Below, one piece after another: positions 61,314-64,000 of a stretch of 64,000 nucleotides of DNA. The notes below the pieces were generated by a model. It did no database searches. It was given only the letters and a program-made list of their open reading frames with translations, and was not told the DNA's origin. Position 1 is the stretch's first letter, and every line of letters begins with the position of its first letter. The DNA comes from Candidatus Bathyarchaeia archaeon (GTDB taxonomy: Archaea; Thermoproteota; Bathyarchaeia; Bathyarchaeales; Bathycorpusculaceae): the NCBI GenBank assembly GCA_037481775.1, contig JBBFKZ010000002.1, positions 86,453-150,452 on the forward strand. Reading direction: 5' to 3'. Made by a program: the position numbers and the translations under genes.

Positions 61314-63195
61314 TGCTTGCTCGCCTCTCTCTGAAAGTGCTCATGTAAAATATGAACTTGCGCAATTTATGATTATTCAAAATCCAAGCCGCCGTCGTAT
61401 CCACAATGCACTTAAATTGGCTGTAATTCCACTTGGCCACCTTATCCGCGATAAACAGCGCCTTATTATGCCCAAACGCTTCCGGAATATTAGCAGGCGC
61501 CATAGCCACCAGAATGCTCATGGCCAAGTTCTGAAGCCTGTTAGGCACATCCTTATCCCTGAACAGTAACGCCTCCACCACATCCACTGTGCCATCGCTC
61601 AGCTCATTGCAGAACCGCACGAGGCTTTCAGGTTTGTAATCATACTCTGGATACGCTAAGCGATCCACCAGCAGCACATTGCTCCGCAGCATCGGGTCCG
61701 TCTTTGCCTGGCTTAGTTGCACATAGGTTTTCAAGAAAGCCTTTTCAAGGCCGATTTTGTTTTTGATGGCGCCTGAAACGTAACCCTTACGCTTTTGCCT
61801 ATCAAGCAGCATTGTCCGAAACGCGGAATCATACTCGATGAGGCTCCACGGCGGCTGAATCTGCTCCGCGTTAAAGATGCTGGCTGACTGAAGTATCATG
61901 CGATCCGTGTTGGGCAAATCCTGCAGTGCTTCCAGCCTAAGCTGTGTTTTCAATAAGCCTTCCTGATGCATTATGGGAACTAGTTGCCGTTTGAAGTCGC
62001 GTGCCGCCGTATCCTTCGTCACGCCTATAAGCAGTATGCGCCTCTTCCAGCATTCCTCCATAAGCATGTGCAACGTAAAAAGCGTGAGAAAAGCAATGTC
62101 AAGCGTAGTCAGCCACTGCTCCTTCCCGTCTTTCATAATTCTCAAGGTGCTTGCTGATTCTTCCTCAAGATGCTTGGAAAATACGCTGTCTCCTATGATG
62201 GTGGTGAGCTTTTTTATTCGCTCCCAGCTTGAAGCATATTTTCCATTTAGCTTGTAAACGCCTTCTTCCTCGATTAAGATTCCTTTTTTAGCGAGGTTTT
62301 TGAGTGCCCGCTCGATTCTGCGGACTCTTTTCTCGTCTACTGCGGCAAACTCTGCTTTAATCTGCTCTAAAGTTACTGCGCCTCGTTTTTTAGCGAGGTT
62401 CACTATTGCGTAGCGGAGGTAATCTGCCCTGGGCGGCGGCAAACCTAACTCGTCATTGCAGACAAGATGCCTCGCCAAGGCTAAATCGTTAATGTCCACG
62501 GCAACATCGTCCACTTTGCAGCCGAGAATGCTGCTTTTTGCAGCCCAGAACTCCATTTTAGACGTGTCATAAAGCAGGCTTGCCCGCTCCACCGACAAAC
62601 TTCGGTCAAGCAATATTATGCGCGTTTCTTTGTTTGGGTCTGCTGCAAGCTTGAAGGCGAGATAATACTCAGAAAAAGTCATTATCGCATTAGCGATTGT
62701 AGCATTGCTTATTATGCCCTCATCCGTTAACACCTTGCTTGGACTTACCTCGCCAGGCTGCTCCTGAGCAAAAAAGGCCTGATCCACTTCGGGAATTTCG
62801 TTGATGTAAATGGGCACAACGCTGGATATGCCCATGCTCTGCTGCAGCGTCTTCGCATCATACCTAACCTGCGGCGTAGCACCTTCACAAAAAGTTATAG
62901 TTCCCGTTGCCGCGTATGCACCGCCGAAGAAAATCACCATGTCAAACATGGGCCGCGAGTACATCGTGCCATCTACACCCGCAAAGCGGACGCTTGTTCG
63001 ACCGAAAAATTCCTTCGCGGTGCGCCAAGCCTCTCTTGGACTGAAGCCTGTTCGAATCAAGTTTGCAAGCAACTTGCCATACAGATTTTTCAGCGAGGCG
63101 AAACGCTGTTCATAATCAGCGATCTGCTTGGTTGCGCTTTGCCTCAGCGCGTTGCAAGTTCGCTTTACGGCATCACTCAACGGCGGCCCCGACAT
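61285..63195 (-). CDS. NurA-like nuclease with inserted winged helix
   Basis: FAGVDGT, ILLDRSL, IGVTKD, C-terminal GHNKALFIADK; overlaps the herA start. Confidence 0.75.
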   Translation of the reverse strand: MSGPPLSDAVKRTCNALRQSATKQIADYEQRFASLKNLYGKLLANLIRTGFSPREAWRTAKEFFGRTSVRFAGVDGTMYSRPMFDMVIFFGGAYAATGTITFCEGATPQVRYDAKTLQQSMGISSVVPIYINEIPEVDQAFFAQEQPGEVSPSKVLTDEGIISNATIANAIMTFSEYYLAFKLAADPNKETRIILLDRSLSVERASLLYDTSKMEFWAAKSSILGCKVDDVAVDINDLALARHLVCNDELGLPPPRADYLRYAIVNLAKKRGAVTLEQIKAEFAAVDEKRVRRIERALKNLAKKGILIEEEGVYKLNGKYASSWERIKKLTTIIGDSVFSKHLEEESASTLRIMKDGKEQWLTTLDIAFLTLFTLHMLMEECWKRRILLIGVTKDTAARDFKRQLVPIMHQEGLLKTQLRLEALQDLPNTDRMILQSASIFNAEQIQPPWSLIEYDSAFRTMLLDRQKRKGYVSGAIKNKIGLEKAFLKTYVQLSQAKTDPMLRSNVLLVDRLAYPEYDYKPESLVRFCNELSDGTVDVVEALLFRDKDVPNRLQNLAMSILVAMAPANIPEAFGHNKALFIADKVAKWNYSQFKCIVDTTAAWILNNHKLRKFIFYMSTFRERRASIEQARRESH

Positions 63196-63594
63196 CCCTA
63201 ATCTTCACCTGCCAATTCACTTCTTTCATTTAAACATAAAAAAGATTGTTAACACATAAAACGCTAAAATCAACTCCGGCACATCACTAATACGTTTGTG
63301 CATGTTAAGACTTTGAACAAGCACAATTTTTTATACAGACAATTTTGCCAATTAAATGTTACATTTTTGTTACTGGGCAAGTTCAGCAAAGGCTTTTCAT
63401 CTAACACGCTCAACCTTATTCGCGCGCAAATAGCGGATTGCGGATATAATTAAATCTATGAATGTTCTACATTTTAGTACAAGTGTACTAAAGCGTAGAA
63501 ATAAGTGTTCGTATCTATTAAGATAGAGCCGCAAGACAAATAGTCTTGATGGAGACGAGAAGCATTGCTATGGTATTAAAGGCGCGAATAACAA

Positions 63595-64000
63595 ATGAGA
63601 AAACTTGTAACAAAAGTTCGCGGGCTTTTGATTCTTGCCGCAATTCTGGCGCTACTACTTTCACAGACGTCTACGGTGCAATCAGCTTCTTCTATTGCCC
63701 AAGACAGAGCGTTAACTTTCATAACAGACGTATTTGAACTTGACATGACAAAGTACAATGCTAAGATGGCGACCTATTCTGTGGACTATCCTTCGGAGCT
63801 AGGCGGCATTCAACAAGAGCACGTAAAGTACGACCTTCAAGCCAGCGAAAGCACCGCGACAGCATTCTTCTCATTCAACAATGGCACATTGACTGCATGC
63901 ACTATAAGCGTAATTACAGGTTCACTTCTTTATGCTCAACCATCTGCTAACACACTTGACAGGGCAAGGGGTATCCTCGATAAATATCAAACTTACACGG
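63595..64000 (+). CDS. Secreted hypothetical protein (runs off window end; not in ORF track)
   Basis: MRKLVTKVRGLLILAAILALLLSQ signal peptide; frame open to the end of the window. Confidence 0.7.
   Translation, partial: MRKLVTKVRGLLILAAILALLLSQTSTVQSASSIAQDRALTFITDVFELDMTKYNAKMATYSVDYPSELGGIQQEHVKYDLQASESTATAFFSFNNGTLTACTISVITGSLLYAQPSANTLDRARGILDKYQTYT

Overview
This is an archaeal chromosomal window, most likely Bathyarchaeia. That is inferred from the paralogous membrane-anchored PQQ-type beta-propeller proteins, the cdv/ESCRT cluster, the group-4 hydrogenase and archaeal tRNAs/promoters. Left to right it contains: (1) a complex-I-like group-4 [NiFe]-hydrogenase operon (nuoA,B,CD,H,I,J,K,L,M,N homologues); (2) tRNA-Ser(TGA); (3) two PQQ beta-propeller genes flanking a ~4.5-kb AT-rich element integrated in tRNA-Val(GAC); (4) hypFCD, an acyl-CoA ligase, NfnAB with a tandem ferredoxin/MvhD protein, and trxB; (5) htpX with an in-frame TAG, tRNA-Asp(GTC), nre, ppa, nucS and apgM; (6) a cdvB1-cdvA-cdvB-cdvC division cluster, alaS, and a stand-alone NurA-HerA pair. 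The strongest find is the element. It carries 41-bp att repeats matching the 5' half of the tRNA, an SSV1/pTN3-style split integrase whose N-part carries a ribbon-helix-helix domain, a second tyrosine recombinase, and an apparent promoter swap with the host tRNA. Other notable signals are a perfect 52-bp inverted repeat 14.3 kb apart, an apparent ACG start on the hydrogenase large subunit, and a candidate C/D-box guide RNA. All calls come from reading motifs by eye; no database search was run.
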